Assembly: GCF_006345805.1 (NCBI RefSeq)
Contig: NW_021832249.1
Coordinates: forward strand, 1-61,815
DNA length: 61,815 bases
Reading direction: 5' to 3'
Source of the DNA: Octopus sinensis
Taxonomy: Eukaryota
Part shown: one piece after another, positions 61,778-61,815 of the stretch
Layout: every line of letters begins with the position of its first letter
Numbering within the stretch: position 1 is the first letter of the stretch
Notes under the pieces: generated by a model
What the model was told of the DNA's origin: nothing
The model's database searches: none
Seen by the model: the letters and a program-made list of their open reading frames with translations, nothing else
Program-made: the position numbers and the translations under genes

Positions 61778-61815
61778 ATGATTAGGTTTTAGAGTTAATG
61801 CATCCTTAGGGTAGA

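Noticed and set aside
60620-61815. True chromosome end
   Set aside because: The array is short, degenerate and followed by ordinary sequence

Overview
AT-rich eukaryotic, almost certainly animal, DNA that is mostly a deep nest of transposable elements. Retroelements: two full-length R4/Dong-like copies with 12-13 bp TSDs, a second R4-like family, several CRE-like RT-RLE elements, Jockey/I- and RTE-type fragments, an ORF1-only LINE and a tRNA-headed SINE. DNA elements: Buster- and Ac-type hATs, Tc1, pogo/Tigger, two Helitrons and several Ginger2/TDD-like TGT...ACA elements. Host genes are few: an apparently intact ZMAT2/SNU23 with 22-26 nt introns, a small unknown divergent partner gene, a disrupted SDR, and a disrupted TDRD12-like piRNA-pathway gene (degenerate helicase + Tudor + CS). 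There is also a decayed, intronless, bacterial-type GadC-like amino-acid permease, a candidate horizontal transfer. Introns of 21-31 nt plus TDRD12 point to a reduced metazoan parasite such as a dicyemid (inference). All protein assignments come from recalled motifs, not database searches. Boundaries without a TSD are approximate, and some frameshifts may be assembly errors.
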